This document shows positions 61,765 to 64,000 of a stretch of 64,000 bases of DNA, one piece after another. Under the pieces are notes generated by a model. That model made no database searches. It worked only from the letters and a program-made list of their open reading frames with translations, and was not told the DNA's origin. The stretch comes from Eukaryota sp. GEM-RC1 (Eukaryota). The stretch lies in NCBI GenBank assembly GCA_040285855.1, contig JAUFOQ010000017.1:1674001-1738000 (forward strand), written 5' to 3'. The translations under genes and the position numbers were made by a program. Position 1 is the stretch's first letter. Every line of letters begins with the position of its first letter.

Positions 61765-62345
61765 TGTTACACATCTTGTAAAACACATCTTGTATTACAA
61801 ATCTTGTATTACACATCTTGTGTTACACATCTTGTAAAACACATCTTGTATTACAAATCTTGTATTACAGATCTTGTGTTACACATCTTGTAAAACACAT
61901 CTTGTATTACACATCTTGTGTTACAGATCTTGTGTTACAAATGTTGTATTACAGATCTTGTGTTACACATCTTGTGTTACACATCTTGTAAAACACATCT
62001 TGTGTTACAGATCTTGTGTTTCAAATGTTGTATTACAGATCTTGTAAAACACATTTTGTGTTACAGAAAGCACTTGTAGTTTTGTAAATTCTAATATAAA
62101 ATAGTCAACAATTCAAAAGATCGAAGGTGTTCTTTTCAGTCAACTCTAGACATTAATAGTGAATATCTTTCTTGGCTGGGTTAACACATTGATTAGTGAA
62201 GACAGATAAGAGTCATGTCTAGGTCAACAATTCATTACACATACGACACTTTCATTACAAATGTTGTAGTTACAAATGTTGTATCACCAAATGTTGTAGT
62301 TACAAATGTTGTATCACCAAATGTTGTATCACCAAATGTTGTACA
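61765..62345. repeat. 14-bp minisatellite (same family as 58208-58460), two blocks
   Basis: 61765-62066 cacatcttgt(g/a)tta variants; 62255-62345 caaatgttgta variants. Confidence 0.9.
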
Positions 62346-62809
62346 TGTAGTTATAACTTGGTGTCTTTGTGTCTTCTGATGAATGAAGCTTCATGGACTT
62401 GATGTCGTTGACCTTAGTCTCATTCCAGATAGCATCTGATAGAATTGAAAAATGCAGTCAAAAATGACTGAAGACACAGCAGTGTATTACACGATCAGAG
62501 TTGTAGCAAACCAGCAGAGTTGTAGCAAACCTTAGTGTTTTCCTTTGGAGGATAAGATGTCAATGTGATGTATGTGTAGTAGGATGGTTCTAGTTGCACA
62601 ACGTTGAGTTTATTCATGACATGGTTGAACACAGTTCACAAGTCTAAGAACGAACACCTGCAAACACGTCTCTATCTTGAAAGAAGCTCAACACTGGATA
62701 TCAAACGATGTATGGAATCCATCAAAGAAGGTATAAGTGAATCAGTTTGGGGATATGTGGTTATGGGGTGAAGAGTTTTTGGGGTAAAATGATTTTGGGG
62801 AGTATGCAC

Positions 62810-63511
62810 TAGGGTTGTCAATGACTTGACTCAAGTCGTAAGTCGATTGACTTGAGTCAAGTCATTTCCAAGTCAAGTCATTTTTTCCGTTTGACTCAAG
62901 TCAAAGTCAAGTCGACTTGATATTTTCCAAGTCGAGTCATTTGACTTGACTTGTAAGTAATGTCGCTTTTTTTTTAGACGGCGGGCAACTGAAAATCAGT
63001 GTAAGATGCTCAAATACTGCAACTTTTTAAGTCATTAGTAAATAAACCAGACATCGTGAAGGTGATGATTCGTTCCATTCTTTAACCCTGTTAGAGGACT
63101 GGTTGGACAAGGGTTATGATATGTTAGAAGTCCGTAGTGATGACGAAGACGAAGACGTTGGTCAGCATATTGGTGAAGTTGTGGTCTAGTACTAAATCAT
63201 AATACTAAGTATCATTTATAGTTAGTGTCTGTTAGTTATTAACTTCTGCAAATGCATTTATTTCACTGACTGATTATAAACCCCGTTTTTTTTTCATTTA
63301 TACTTATTTATACTAATAAATTGATGTTAAACTATGATGAGCATTGGTTAATGATGCATTTCTATCACCCAAGTCATTATACAAGTCAAGTCATTTTGCT
63401 CAAGTCGACTTGGTACGATTTGACTTGACTTGATGAATGACTCAAGTCAAAGTCAAGTCGACTTGGGAATTTCAAAGTCAAGTCAATCGACTTGAGTCAT
63501 TGACAACCCTA
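62810..63511. mobile_element. hAT-like MITE
   Basis: 17-bp TIR tagggttgtcaatgact. 8-bp TSD gtatgcac at 62802-09 and 63512-19. Dense AAGTC/GACTT subterminal repeats. Contains a ~75-bp copy of the 20948-21022 retroelement tail. Confidence 0.9.
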
Positions 63512-64000
63512 GTATGCACCCCAAATGAATTGTACTAGTGTTTTGTCTTAATTATACTAGTTGGTTATGAGCAAAACGACTTAACAGATACTATCAAACA
63601 TTAATGACAGCTAAAATATAGATTTGACTGGACCTCGCCAACAACAATATACTCTGTGTTACACCAAGTGTTTTATTTGAGATAACATGTTTCAAACATG
63701 GTTGTTATGTATCGTACATAGTCATGTTGATGTTCAATCGACTGATTTTCGTAATGATTTAAGATAAAAGTTGTATTAAAAAACTGTTAAGTCTCTTTTT
63801 CAAACCCTGTTTGAAGGAAGAAAACAGGTAATAAACATACCTTGGTCGGTATAAAACGACCTGTAAAATCTAAACTTTCATAATGTTGCATTAAATGATT
63901 TTGGAGCTTCTTCAAAGCAAGTTTTGAAGACAAAATTTTACGACCCGGAATTTTTTCTTAACTGTTTTCACATAATTGTCTTATATTATCAACAACACTG

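Noticed and set aside
1..64000. Prokaryotic or giant-virus origin of the whole window; tRNA/rRNA genes
   Set aside because: An intron, ciliary genes, hAT MITEs and non-LTR elements indicate a eukaryotic nucleus. No capsid, polymerase or structural RNA gene was recognised by eye.

Overview
AT-rich, nearly intron-free eukaryotic DNA, probably from a flagellated protist (cilia-type coiled-coil genes, an LRR fragment, one 37-nt spliceosomal intron). Almost every long gene is broken by 1-2 nt frameshifts in homopolymer runs, which looks like long-read consensus error, so I reconstructed genes across those breaks by reading alternative frames. Bases 1-42 kb hold host genes mixed with 5'-truncated RLE-type non-LTR retrotransposons, several hAT-like MITEs (8-bp TSDs), Tc1/mariner-like MITEs, and a compact, GC-rich Fanzor1 (TnpB-like RNA-guided nuclease, ~599 aa, 23656-25454) followed by a structured candidate omegaRNA. 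The most striking region is ~42.2-63.5 kb. It carries two tandem minus-strand polyproteins built the same way: an in-frame tandem-repeat leader, a 2A ribosome-skipping peptide (LTMDGDVESNPG/P), then cargo. One encodes an active plus an inactive Ulp1/SENP8-like protease fused to a large, catalytically intact Fanzor1 with a C-terminal zinc knuckle (~2000 aa). The other encodes a DEAH RNA helicase with extra domains (~2400 aa). A divergent PIF1 helicase, 14-bp minisatellites and a possible Helitron-like hairpin-CTAG end lie next to them. No transposase, Rep or capsid gene was recognised, so the nature and limits of this element are inference.
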